A stretch of DNA of 64,000 nucleotides from Octopus vulgaris. Lineage: Eukaryota. How positions within the stretch are numbered: position 1 is the stretch's first letter; each line of letters opens with the position of its first letter. This document shows positions 1-12,529 of this stretch, in pieces. Location of the stretch: the NCBI GenBank assembly GCA_951406725.2, contig OX597814.1, positions 209,312,001-209,376,000 on the forward strand. Reading direction: 5' to 3'. The position numbers and the translations under genes are program-made. The notes beneath the pieces were generated by a model. That model did no database searches and was not told the origin of the DNA. It saw only the letters and a list, made by a program, of their open reading frames with translations.

Positions 1-750
1 GAAAGAATAACATCTGAAGCCACATCAGTTATTGCTCTTTCCGTAGTGTTGAATTTTAATAAAAATTTTACAACGATTACTTTAAAAGTCTTGGTTATTT
101 TCTTGATGATAAAATGCTTTTCATGGAGGAGTTGGGGTAGTCAGAACTACCAAGAAAAAGAAATGTTTCAACAGTAAGAGCGAAAATTCTATCTACTCTA
201 TCTACACAATATCATGGAAAATTGCTTAATACAAAAAGAATAATATATTATCTCCATTATCATACTTTTCGAAGAAGCTAGTGGTTCGTGCTTGACATAC
301 ATCCCTGGCGGCATTTATGAAGCTCATAGTAGGTACCGCGGGTTATATTTAAAGAAATTCTCTACGCTGTCGCTCAACCTGCTAAAATTAGCGGCCAAAC
401 CTCCCTAAAATCCCATCCTACCGTCTAAAGTAAAAATGGGAAAATGGAAGAGCACATTGGATTATGTATTCCTTTTCACCCTAGTCTGAAAGTAAAATAT
501 GAGATGAGTACGACTAGGACAGTTTTGATCGAACAACAGCGATAAACAACAGCAAAATAGTCACGTAGAAAAATCACGTGTTTCGTCGTCCGGTTCTTTG
601 AGTTCAAGTACTCTTGAAATCCTGGAGAAGTCAATGGGGCACCCATCGCAGTATATTCTTTGTTTTAATCACTACGGGTCTCATTGACACAAACACGGCA
701 TTAGATTAACAACCACTGCTGTTAAGCTCAAAATTTTCAAGTTTCTGCAT

Positions 751-783
751 GCAACAACAGCAACAACAACAACAACAACAACA

Positions 784-855
<72 letters not shown>

Positions 856-865
856 GCTGCTGCTG

Positions 866-897
<32 letters not shown>
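751..897. repeat. Compound microsatellite (CAA)n-(CTA)n-(CTG)n
   Basis: Read directly; it explains the poly-V/poly-A ORF at 681..947. Confidence 0.95.
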
Positions 898-1890
898 TTG
901 ATAAGAAAATCAATAACGATAACAGCATTCAATGTAACAGTACCCACAATAACAACATATGTTAACGTCTCAGTTTACATTTACAAACAAGTTAGATAGC
1001 TTTAGTGTAAAAACAAACAAACTATAAAGAGACTCACACAATGTTATCTTTATTTTAGCGAGAAACTTTCAACTACCTTCGAGGCAGCCAGCGTAGATCT
1101 TGAAAAGGAAGCTATTCAATCTGAAGTAATTTCGTTTGATAATATTTGTGTAATCTCGCACCACCAACCAGAACACTATTCCATATAGAATAAATTCAAT
1201 TTAATGAGTAGTTAATGGAAATGTCAACTAGAGCATTAATATTGATTTCTGAAATTGGTACAAGGGTAACAGAATTTGCAGGAGTGAACAGTCGATGGAA
1301 GAAATCGACCCTTTGTCTATTATTTGTATTTAAAATTGTGTTCCCTTTGAAGAATTACAAGCAAAGTCGACACTCGCCAGCAGAATTTGAATTCAGGATG
1401 TATAGGGATGTTTCTAAATACTGTAATACTACAAGACCTTTTGAACGGTGTTCAATCGATTGTACCATTCACTAATTTTAACTTGACTGTATTATATATA
1501 GTTGGTCAGAGTGTCCTGACAATCTTATAGAATGGACAACATATTCTAGATTTATATCAATCATAATTCAAATAGTGTTGTTCAGTTGCTTAAGAGAAGA
1601 AAAACGTCAACTAAAGTCTGCTCTCAGTGCCTCGAAAAAAATCTATCTATATTTAATATTTGAAATGAATCTCGTTTATACAGGACAATAAGTAAATAAG
1701 TATGGACTTAGATAATCTGCTTTGAGCAACTCTATAGACTTTAAAGAGACAGTTTGACATCAGAAATATGAAAACAGGAAGTCACCATATCTATATAAGT
1801 CTGCAATGTATATGTATGCATAAATACATATGTATGCGTGTGCTTGTGTATATGTTTAAATATAAGTCAACATACACACACACATACACA

Positions 1891-1929
<39 letters not shown>

Positions 1930-2019
1930 ACACACAACGTGAAAGTATGTTGTACTAGGAAGACAAACTTAGTTCAATCAGTTCATTCATACACACTGTA
2001 TGACATCAGAAATAAGATA

Positions 2020-2142
2020 GAGAAGTGGTGTTTCTCTGTCTGGTGGCTATGGCGAAAGAGGGCGTGCAGTGGACGAAGCTGAAAGGACTGAGAACAGGCA
2101 CCTTCCATCGACTATTCAAGGTTCATTGGGAACGAAAAGGGA
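2020..2142 (+). mobile_element. Short 3' fragment of a Tx1/L1-like non-LTR retrotransposon ORF2
   Basis: Translates as FLCLVAMAKEGVQWTKLKGLRTGTF..FKVHWERK. This aligns by eye with the C-terminus of the Tx1-like copy at ~60.5 kb (VTMVKETIWKTREKGIETVTF...FRFHLKRK). Confidence 0.6.
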
Positions 2143-2486
2143 GGGTGTAGTGGGGGGGTGTCTCTAATTTATCTAAAGGTAAGTTACTGTACCAAAAAGG
2201 GTTAGGAGGAATGGAACCACGCGTTTGTTGATTAGAGAACAACAGTTAGGCGAGGACCTGTACCCATGGTCGTCAGAGTCATCTTGGACTCGTGTGGTTC
2301 CTTGACTGACACTAATTGGAGCTCTCATGTTTCATCCATGCGTTCACATATTTTGTACACTATGTATAAATTTTAACTCATCTTCCCTCTCTTTTTCCCC
2401 CTCCCTCATCATGTCATGTAACCTCAACATAAATTGTAAACTTTGTAATGTTCCCACATCTGATAACACGGTAGCAAATGAAATCC

Positions 2487-2543
2487 TTCTCCTCCTCCTC
2501 CTCCTCATCATCATCATCATCATCATCATCGTCATCGTCATCG

Positions 2544-2616
<73 letters not shown>
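2487..2616. repeat. (CTC)n-(ATC)n microsatellite, followed by a decayed SINE head at ~2626
   Basis: Read directly. Confidence 0.95.
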
Positions 2617-2810
2617 TATTGCTAAGGTGGCGAGCTGGAAGAATCTCTAACGCGACGGACAAAATGCTTTACGTTCAAATTCTATTGAAGAGGACTTCAC
2701 TTTTCATACTTTCAGGGTCGATGAAATGAGTACCAAAGTCATCATAAAATTTCGGTCTCTATGTCAAAATCTGAAACCACAATCGTCATTATTATTATTG
2801 TTATTATTAT

Positions 2811-3088
2811 ATGCCCTGATGCAGTGCCAGGCAGTGGCTCTCATGGCTTCTGATCTTAACTGATTGGAAGTGTTATCATGTACATTGTTTTGTCTTGGTA
2901 TAAAAGATGGGCTACAGCAAATATTCTGCTCAATACCACAGATTTGCTTGTCAGTTGTTTGACCTTAACCAGTTGAGCATGTCCTTAGTGGCTGACGATA
3001 TGTGCATCTCTGATCACGAGCAGAAGTAGTGGGGGAGCATCATAGCCATGTGTTGAGAGGGATTCTTTGGGGTTTGAATAATTCACCT
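2811..3088 (-). repeat. Dispersed repeat embedded in (ATT)n/(AAT)n, probably the 3' end of a non-LTR element
   Basis: A complex ~280 bp block flanked on both sides by AAT/ATT runs, with an (AAT)n tail on the minus strand. Family assignment is inference only. Confidence 0.4.
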
Positions 3089-3113
3089 TATAATAATAAT
3101 AATAATAATGATA

Positions 3114-3186
<73 letters not shown>
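3089..3186. repeat. (AAT)n-(ATT)n microsatellite (self-complementary halves)
   Basis: Read directly. Confidence 0.95.
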
Positions 3187-3187
<1 letters not shown>

Positions 3188-3217
3188 GGCCGTCAGCCGG
3201 GCAAGTCACGCTTGATA

Positions 3218-3322
3218 TCAGTTCCTCAAATTTTGTTTACAAACTATATTATTCACGCTGGAAATAACTGTTTTTCGTTTCATATATTTAATTGCGGAGA
3301 AGAAGAGATCCGCTATCAACAG
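3218..3322 (+). promoter_or_regulatory. Putative TSS (Inr TCAGTT) and non-coding first exon of a host gene
   Basis: TCAGTT at 3218-3223 matches the invertebrate Inr consensus TCAGTY. About 100 nt of unique ATG-free sequence ends in a strong donor, CAG|GTGAGT (GT at 3323). Confidence 0.45.
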
Positions 3323-3944
3323 GTGAGTTTATTTTTGTTTAAAGTTTTCCCATTTCATGGGGGATTTGCCAATATCAATTTTACATCAGTTGGAAAATTT
3401 TTTTTTTTTCCTTCAGTTTTAGTTACACTAGTAAAAGAGAAGCTGAGTTTGCAGAGAACAACAGTGTCGATACGGAAGCGAGTGAAAGTAGGAAGATATG
3501 TAACGTCTCTACTGTGTCAATGTCGTCTTAATACAAAGCAGACGACAGCAACAGAAACAACTGCTAGAACGAGAACAGCAACAACAACTTCAACGAGAAA
3601 AAACATAACCCCTAAAGCAGCAACAACAAAAATGACTGAGATAGCAACAAGGGCATCAGCAATAACAACAAAAGCAATAATAACGTCAATAACAAGAACA
3701 GAAGTAACAGTAATGGCTACATGAAGAAAAGAAAGCCGTTAGGCGGGACAACATTACAGAGGTGGTAAGCGGCAACAAAGCTGTAGTTTGATATTTGACG
3801 GATTGAGAGGGGCTAGTACCACTCAAGGTATAGGTTCAAGTCCCTGGCAATTTTTTCCTGTTCTATAAGGGTAAATACTGTCTTTCTCTGCTGTCCTCAC
3901 AACTTTACTGCGATCGAAAAATTTACATTCTTGTTTGCAAAGTA

Positions 3945-4039
<95 letters not shown>

Positions 4040-4133
4040 CACACATATATATTGATGTGGCGATTAAATTTACTTGCTAGTATAGTTACTACTCTCATCT
4101 CTTCTTGAGGTTTTACAACTGGCTACTTTGCTT

Positions 4134-4170
<37 letters not shown>

Positions 4171-4188
4171 CACACGTACACGTACAAA

Positions 4189-4229
<41 letters not shown>

Positions 4230-4720
4230 GTACACGTACAAATGCACACACATATATGTATGCATATATATATTCGCATGCGTGCTTGTTGTTGATCTAA
4301 ATACATCGACGTTACGAATATAAATTTTTTTATTAACCGTTTCTCAATTTTTCACGTGTTACTCTTAGTTCTAAATATTTTATTTCCAGCATATTTCATA
4401 TGTCCACCGACCTTTCAAGAACTGCCAGTACTTTTTGGTCCTATTGTCTATGTGCGGTTATTTTAGTAGCAGCTTTCATTGATATTTTATAGTAAACAAG
4501 AATCATAGGAATTATGACTTTTCTGTACTAAATTTGTTAACGCTGGACTTAAAAGCTTTTGACCGTTGACACGAGTATACTTTCTGTAGTCATTTTGCTA
4601 TGTTTGCTGTGCTGTTTGATATTTGTTGATACTATTTAGCATCAGATCAACAAATCATCGGGAGGCGTTCTTATCACTATCATCCCGTTCTTTCTACAGA
4701 TATAATGTATCTTGGACAAC

Positions 4721-5124
4721 GGCGCAGGAGTGGCTGTGTGGTAAGTTGCTTGCTAACCAGCCACATGGTTCCGAGTTCAGTCCCACTGCGTGGCATCTTG
4801 GGCAAGTGTCTTCTGCTATAGCCCCGGGCCGACCAATGCCTTGTGAGTAGATTTGGTAGACGGAAACTGAAAGAAGCCTGTCGTATATATGTATATATAT
4901 ATGTGTGTGTGCGTACGTGTTTGTGTTTGTCCCCCTAGCATTGCTTGACAACCGATACTGGTGTGTTTACGTCCCCGTCACTTAGCGGTTCGGCAAAAGA
5001 GACCGATAGAATAAGTACTGGGCTTACAAAGAATAAGTCCCGGGGTCGATTTGCTCGACTAAAGGCGGTGCTCCAGCATGGCCGTAGTCAAATGACTGAA
5101 ACAAGTAAAAGAGTAAAAGAGTAA
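4721..5124 (+). mobile_element. Full-length tRNA-derived SINE, family A (OK-like, internal TA/TG microsatellite)
   Basis: Head GGCGCAGGAGTGGCTGTGTGGTAAG with B-box-like GAGTTCAGTCCC, then the ATCTTGGGCAAGTG core, an internal (TA)/(TG) run and a tail (GTAAAAGA)n. Near-identical copies occur at 49381 and 59941. Confidence 0.9.
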
Positions 5125-5297
5125 ACGTTGTAGATTGGGATTTTTTATTTTGTAAGCGTAGCGTATGATCGGAGGATCTTGGTAGTTGTTGCGGGTCGAG
5201 TGACTACATAGCGGCATCATCACTGGTTTCTCCTAATGTTAGTATTTCTGCTACGTCACTCAGTGTAGCAATTTCTAGTTTTTCGTTTTTGGATGTA

Positions 5298-6140
5298 TGG
5301 AAGGATAGACACGATATTTCTCAGCAGCTGAAGAAAACCAAATACTAGGAGTTGGTCGACGTGGACTTTTGTCAAGAAATGGCACGCAGCTTCATTTCCT
5401 ATTGAAGTCTGCTGCCGTGGCTTTCCGACCCGATTTGTGCTTTGTTTTCGTGCAGAAGATTTGTCTGAATCTTCTGCAGGAAAGCCATAACTGAATAAAG
5501 TCTCCGAGGAGATATACACCGCAGATGAAACGAGTTCAAGATGGCTATCGCTGAAAACAGATCGTAAGTGGAACTCTTCCAAAAGTGAAGACTAATTTAG
5601 ACCTCGCGGTGCTACTCAGGCAAAGTGGAGGCGCAATGGCCCAGTGGTTAGGGCAGCGGACTCGCGGTCGTAGGATCGCGGTTTCGATTCCCAGACCGGG
5701 CGTTGTGAGTGTTTATTGAGCGAAAACACCTAAAGCTCCACGAGGCTCCGGCAGGGGATGGTGGTGATCCCTACTGTAGTCTTTCACCACAACTTTCTCT
5801 CACTCTTACTTCCTGTTTCTTTTGTACCTGTATTTCAAGGGGCCGGCCTTGTCACTCTCTGTGTCACGCTGAATATCCCCGAGAACTACGTTAAGGGTAC
5901 ATGCGTCTGTGGAGTGCTCAGCCACTTACACGTTAATTTCACGAGCAGGCTGTTCTGTTGATTCGGATCAACCGGAACCCTCGTCGTCGGAACCGACGGA
6001 GTGCTTCCACTCCACTCAGGCAAAGTGTATAGACTAAGGAGCGAAATACGTGCGACCACATGATACCTACTCATTATACAAAATGGTTTCCAGCTTTGCA
6101 ATGGGTTTAGAAGAGCTTGCAAAACCTCTGAGTAGTTCTG
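5298..6140 (+). mobile_element. Decayed 3' end of a HERO-like (R2-group, restriction-like endonuclease) non-LTR retrotransposon, interrupted by a SINE
   Basis: Frameshifted translation WKDRHDISQQLKKTKY*ELVD..KWHAASFPIEVCCRGFP..EEIYTADETSSRWLSLKTDRKWN matches the RLE C-terminal motifs (KxxKY, FPIEVGCRGF, SSRWLWLKR) of HERO elements. Confidence 0.7.
5627..6013 (+). mobile_element. Full-length tRNA(Arg)-like SINE, family C (OR1-like), with 14-bp TSD
   Basis: A-box TGGCCCAGTGG, anticodon-like TCG and B-box GGTTTCGATTCC. ACTCAGGCAAAGTG is duplicated at 5614-5627 and 6014-6027. A second copy lies at 57566. Confidence 0.92.
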
Positions 6141-6588
6141 GCACTTCATGCCTGGGGCAAAGCATCTCCGATCTCTATTTCACCCACTTGATCAACTATT
6201 ATTATTGCCATTATTACACAACTCAGGACAGGATTTTCTGTTCACTGCTATTGTGTTGACCAACAGGCTATTTTGTAAGTTATATTTTGGGAATTTACGT
6301 ATTCTAATAGAGGAAGAAGACCACATTAATGTTATTAGACGGGACAAGACGCGTAAAACTGAGGATCTTCTAAAGTTAATAGAGGGCGGGGACTGAGATT
6401 ACTGGTGCAACATTGTGCAACAGGTTTCAGTTGTGACCGCTCCAAGTAAAGATAAGTTAGCAACTAATGTTTTTTTCTATACAACCCGGATTTGATGTGA
6501 AATAAAAACGTGTTGTAACGGTTTCTTGCTGTTGACGGAAGATGAAATAGTAGTAGTAGTAGTGGGGGTGGGGGTGGTGGTGGTGATG

Positions 6589-6628
<40 letters not shown>

Positions 6629-7653
6629 AGGTAGGAAAAGCAGTAGCTGTGGTAGTAGTCATATATAGTTTAACTCACAGTCGACCTTGCCGAGTAGACC
6701 TTTAAAAATATTCCAGCCGTGACATCACGTTTTTTTTTTGTTTTACTATGATTATATTGTCTATTTCTTTAGCTTTGATTTTATTGCCCATATTTCTTCT
6801 AGTTCTTAAGATGTTAAGGCATGATTTTGCTTGCTATTTCTTGTCGTCTATGCTGTTGGCAACGTCTTAGATCAGCCGTCATGGAGCATACCTATGAAGA
6901 AAAGTGTTCCAGGTGTGACGATTACATCTTTCAATACATCTACGGCTATATTGGCCATCATTTTCTTCATTATTAATTTAAGATGATGGGATGTGATTTT
7001 AAAAGTGTTTCTTTGTTATATAAAGAAAACAAAACAAAACAACCGCGTAGTGGCTAGCTTGCTGGTTCCTGTATGTGTACTGCATGTCGAATGTAACAAT
7101 TCGAAGTTCACATCTTCCATTTTTAGATCTACATGACATTTGTCATCAGAAATCTGTTTAACGACATGCGGCTTGTGGTTTAATGAGGTTTTTAATTTGT
7201 GTGTTATATCGTTCATCTTAGTTTATGGCTAACTGTAATCCATATTGTGTTCTGTTCAACGTCGCCTTGAAAATAAGGTATTCATCTATTCTATAGCTAC
7301 GGTGCATTTGCTTCATGTAATGCATTTTATGTGTGGTTGCATTCCGTTTTATTTGGGGATTGTTTCTAATGAATTTATTGAGTATAGTTGTGTGGCATAA
7401 CTGTTATGGAGTAGCGTTTGTTTTATGCGATTAATCTGGTCTTTTCTTTGTGGTGCCTCTTTTGTGAAGAATATTTTCAAGGCTCTCGCATGTAAAGATT
7501 TTATAACTGATGTTTTATATCTATGTGGATAATATTCAATATCTCAGATCCTACAGAAATATTTATTGGTGTGTTTAATGTTTAATGATGCAATGTGCAT
7601 GTTTTGTTGTTTCCTTCTCTCTCTTTCTCTCTCTCTCTCACTCTCTCACACAG

Positions 7654-7705
<52 letters not shown>

Positions 7706-7742
7706 AACATATATGCACATACATGTATATATATGCATATAA

Positions 7743-7786
<44 letters not shown>

Positions 7787-8297
7787 TACATACAGATATA
7801 TGTTTACACACATGCAAACACACACACAGATATTTATATATATACACACAATATGTTATAACAGAGTCAGAGTAATAACGAGTCAGAGTTTTCGCTGCAA
7901 GGTCATTGCCAATTTCAATCCCAAGACTCCCTAACCTCACAAAACTGAAGGAGGAAGGGGTAAGCGATTCGAGAGAGACTTTAAAGGTTGAAGATCTGCA
8001 GGCGTCTGGAGAGAATACTAGTTTTCATATCAATGATTAGTTGACGCTTGAGGCTCTCTACTTCCCAACAGATGCCTTTTCGCAAGGTCTTTAAGCAAAA
8101 ACCTAAAAAGCACCACTGGGCAATCGTATGTATAATTCTGTAACTTTTCCACAAACAAAATATGTAGGGGCTGGTTTAATTAAGATCACCAGTTGATGGC
8201 TGAGACGAGTCCTGGCTACCCTCCAGCATTTGTAAGGTAAATCTAGAGCAAATTTTTGAGACATTATGCTTAAAAATATACATACATACACATTCTC

Positions 8298-8299
<2 letters not shown>

Positions 8300-8389
<90 letters not shown>

Positions 8390-8481
8390 AATATGTACAC
8401 ATACATATTATATGCATACACAAACACACACATATATATCTATATATAAATATATAAATATAAATGTAATATATATATTTA

Positions 8482-8521
<40 letters not shown>

Positions 8522-8522
8522 A

Positions 8523-8564
<42 letters not shown>

Positions 8565-8578
8565 ATCTCTCTCTCTCA

Positions 8579-8644
<66 letters not shown>

Positions 8645-8645
8645 A
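8300..8645. repeat. Compound (TA)n/(TATC)n/(TC)n microsatellite
   Basis: Read directly. Confidence 0.95.
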
Positions 8646-8868
8646 AAACTATGGGGGTTTAGTTCACAGGTGATCTAAACGATTAGGTACGCTAGGTAAG
8701 TGCTGTAACAATTGACTAGGGCTCCAAGGTTATAGCCGAGACTGTAGTTATGGAGCCATTAGAGATTTCTGATGCGGCAGATATATAATTGTTAAAGAGG
8801 ACAACAAACGATAAGACAAGGTAAACATCTCAAGTCATATACATTATTATTATTGGAAAACATTTAAA

Positions 8869-8925
8869 GTCTTACAGCTGTTTCTGGGATATCCTAGAGT
8901 ATGGGATATTCCGTCATCGGAGACA
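8869..8925 (-). ncRNA. Decayed minimal type I hammerhead ribozyme motif (Penelope-like element type)
   Basis: The minus strand reads GTCT-CCGATGA-cggaatatcc(catactcta)ggatatccca-GAAA-CAGCTG-TA-AGAC. Stem I is GTCT/AGAC, stem II pairs 8/10, stem III is palindromic, and the core carries a U4C change. Confidence 0.65.
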
Positions 8926-9430
8926 AATAGGGAAAATGAGAAGGGTATAGATTAATGAAATAACGACATAGAGGATAAGAGTAAAGAAATAAGGGGATTG
9001 AAGACAGAGAAGAAAAAGAAGCATAAAAGTTCACAGTTCAACTTTCCGATGTTGTTAAATAAGTGCATAAATCTTTAGGTGCAACCCTGCATAGATCCTT
9101 GTGGTTTAAAGTCCTGATATTGTAAACATCCATAAAAAAAGACGCGAACATATCAACGTTCAATAACAGAATGGTATCGGCGGTGGCTATCAAGTGGTTA
9201 AAAGAAACAAAAGCAAATAAATAGAATGAGAGGTAGACAGACTGAGGGGGAAAGTTAAGGATTGGCTTTACAGATAAAGTAAGGTGTATAAAATATAGTG
9301 TCTAAGAATATAGTGTTCAAAGATTGCCAAGAATATAAGAGAGAGGAGGAGGCGGTAGAGGAAGATAACGCGAAAAATTTTTTTAAAAAAGAGCAAAATG
9401 AAAGGAATTTAAAGAGAATAGTAGGTGCCA

Positions 9431-9665
9431 GTGGAGCTGGCAGAATCGTTAGCACGCCGGGCGAAATGCTTAGCAGTATTTCGTCTGCCGCTACGTTCTG
9501 AGTTCAAATTACGCCGAGGTCAACTTTGCCTTTCATACTTTCGGGGGTCGATTAAATAAGTACCAGTTACGCACTGGAGTCGATATAATCGACTTAATCC
9601 GTTTGTCTGTCCTTGTTTGTCTCCTCTGTGTTTAGCCCCTTGTGGGTTGTAAAGAAATAGGTATT
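9431..9665 (+). mobile_element. tRNA-derived SINE, family B (head GGCGGCGAGCTGGCAGAA)
   Basis: Matches the many copies in the window: GAGTTCAAATT B-box, GCCTTTCATCCTTTCGGGGTCGATAAA central domain, tail AAAGAAATAG. Confidence 0.88.
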
Positions 9666-9975
9666 CTTCAAGTCTATAGGGGTTGGAGAGGAAATCTAAT
9701 AGTAAATGATTGTTCCTGTTCTGACAAAGGTCAGTGGCTGTAGAGTTATTTTCAGCAATGGGGTTATGGTTGTGTAGGTGGTCGTGGATGGAGAAACTAG
9801 TTGAATGTTAAATTATCTTGGAATAGGAGTTAGTATTAAATATTAGGGGATTTATTAAGTTAAGGTTTATTATTGCCATCATTTCTAGTATCACTATCAA
9901 TGTCAGCATTACCATTTTTATTATTATCGTCATTACTGTTACCGGCATCGCTGTTATAATAATAATAATTATTAC

Positions 9976-10010
<35 letters not shown>

Positions 10011-10251
10011 TTACTAATAGTAGTTATAGTAGTAGCAGCAGCGGCAATAGTATCATTATTGGTAGTAGTGTTAGTATTAACAGTGGTAGGAGAGGTGATA
10101 TTAGTGATGTTATTATTGCAGTGATGTTATCATTAGAAATTTTTTTCGTTTGCCCTTATTTATAAGTTGTTTATAAATTTAACCTTTAAAGGTATTTTTT
10201 AATATGCTGGCCATTGATACATTTTTTCCCCGAAAAAATGTTATCCTACAT

Positions 10252-10317
<66 letters not shown>

Positions 10318-10318
10318 G

Positions 10319-10377
<59 letters not shown>

Positions 10378-11101
10378 ATGTATGTATGCATATATATCAC
10401 ACTGCATATCTAAAACAATTTTCGGATTGCAATCCCTGCGAGAAAGCGACAAGAACAAAACCAAAGCGACAACATGCTGCCCAAACAACCAAATAAGCTA
10501 ATCTTTTTGATTTCGATCTTGTTCAGTTTCATTCAGCATTTTTGTTTCCCGGCTACTTTTGTTCTTTCAGTTGCAGCCATAACACAGTATAAATCGTTCA
10601 AAGGTGTAGATTCCACGATTAGGAACAATACATAACGTGCGATATACCTTAGTTATTTATTAGTTCTATATACGTATATATTTGGAGAAAATTAATTTTG
10701 GCGTTACAAACGATTGAGAAAACATTCTGGTTTATCAAAAACAAAGTAGTTATATTTTTTAAAAGCCTCCTTTCCTCAGATCCAGACTATAATTCATAGA
10801 AATTCCCTATTATAAGAGACGATTGCCAAACTTCCTTATTTTATATTATTGTGAGATGAATTCACTTTCGAATTTGGTTTGCAAGATGCTTTATATGAGT
10901 TCGTGTGTTGAAGCATATTCTATTGTGTCTGGCGGGGTGTCATTTTCTTTTTGTGCCTTATTATGTAACACACTCACCGGTAAAATTACCACGTTTTTCT
11001 TATTTTTATTGTCCTAAAGTTTTCGTTGCTTCTTGCAACCTTTGAAAATTCTGTACATACATCCATAATGTGCGTAGAAAAAACAAGATTTCTTTATTCA
11101 G

Positions 11102-11168
11102 CCTCTTCTAAATTCTACTATTGCACACATCTTGTGGAAATTGTCGTTGAAAAAGTTATATGATTTTG
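11102..11168 (+). other. Candidate exon of the host gene (5'UTR, ending in ATG ATT TTG)
   Basis: Acceptor TTTCTTTATTCAG| and donor TTG|GTGAGT. The ATG at 11160 would be in frame with the next candidate exon. Confidence 0.35.
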
Positions 11169-11581
11169 GTGAGTAAAGCAAGTCATACACTTAATGGTGA
11201 CTATATTGTTTTGTGTGGTGAACTTTAACGTTCAGTAGACTTTCGTATAACATCCACAAAACGGAGCCAGTATCAGAATTTCACCCGAATAGAACAATTG
11301 GAAATTCTGGAATAAGTTTAAATGTTGAAATTTCTTTCCACAAATCTTATCCTTAGTTATGACATGATTCCATTAGCTATAGTAACTAGAGATTTACCAA
11401 TTTATCTTTTACTTAAATAGACGGAATCAGCGAGACCGATTATTGACACGTCGCAGCGCCTGTGAGGAATGAAGTAAATAAGGAAATATTATTTATTTAT
11501 CTATTGGTTCATTTCAATAACTTGTTTATCCATGTATCTCTATGTTTGGGTGTTGTTTTTTTGTTTATCTGTTCCTCCCAG

Positions 11582-11676
11582 ATTGTCATGATTAGCGATG
11601 TCTTTTGGTTTTCAACAAAAAAGTTTTATATTTCCAAGATTATATTACTCCACGCATTCCTCCCAACTATATTAAG
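11582..11676 (+). CDS. Candidate coding exon with a signal-peptide-like N-terminus (MISDVFWFSTKKFYISKIILLHAFLPTIL..), phase-2 donor
   Basis: Long polypyrimidine acceptor TTTTTTTGTTTATCTGTTCCTCCCAG| and a perfect donor AAG|GTAAGT. Only one frame is open; it gives basic then hydrophobic residues. Confidence 0.5.
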
Positions 11677-12408
11677 GTAAGTGTCTTTCTTACAACATTG
11701 CAAAATATTTTTATTTGATTACCAACAAAAAATCGGAGAATAGAAAAAATAATACAAGGAACTCTATGATTTTCGAATGCGGACTAACTATATTTTCTGA
11801 ATGCCAAAAGAAATACAATAAGAAAAATAGGGGAAAAAATGTATGTAAATAAATATAAATATTTTTCATCTGCTACAAAGTTACATTAAAGAATTCTGTT
11901 ATTTTCAGTGAAATATAAATAACAATAGGTCTGTATTCACCGGCGTCGAAGGATATTTTTTATATATATGATTAGATCAAATTACAAAATAGATTTGTGG
12001 AAGCAAATGTATATGCTTTGCCTTCTTTCGATTTTCTTTCCCCATTGCTCTTTCCATATATATAAACATACATACATGTATATACATATATACATACATA
12101 CATACATACATATATATATATATATAGATGGATAGATATGTATGTATAAATATATTTATATATGTGTGTGTATCCATATAGATATGCAGACAGATATTCA
12201 TATATACATATTTTACACATTTTACACGTGTGTATATCAGTGTACTTATACATGTACGCATATGTATTCTACGCAAGCACAGACATTCTCGTAAATATAT
12301 AACCAGATATAACTGTAAGTATATATCCACAAAGAAATATACATACCGTTGCTCCTTATAAATTCTCCAGCCAAACGCCTGCCAGGCACACACATAGACA
12401 CACACACA

Positions 12409-12445
<37 letters not shown>

Positions 12446-12529
12446 GTATAACTAATATATAAATATATGCCTATATACATTCATATATGTACATACCTAC
12501 ATCTATATGTATATATACATGCATATATG

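Noticed and set aside
1755-2014. 14-bp direct repeat TGACATCAGAAATA around a (CA)n block
   Set aside because: Too short, with no recognisable element between the copies; cannot be called a TSD.
3029-3724. 231-aa ORF
   Set aside because: It runs through a dispersed repeat, poly-N/poly-Y microsatellites and a Thr-rich low-complexity tract, and crosses a strong splice donor. It is not a credible single-exon gene.
5627-5700. tRNA-Arg(TCG)-like gene (also at 57566)
   Set aside because: It is the head of a SINE: it continues into a 320-bp body with a TSD, and the cloverleaf is imperfect.
11635-11676. Alternative frame DYITPRIPPNYIK resembling the Cys-loop receptor YDxRIPP motif
   Set aside because: The spacing is off by one residue, there is an in-frame stop upstream within the exon, and no downstream Cys-loop exons were found.
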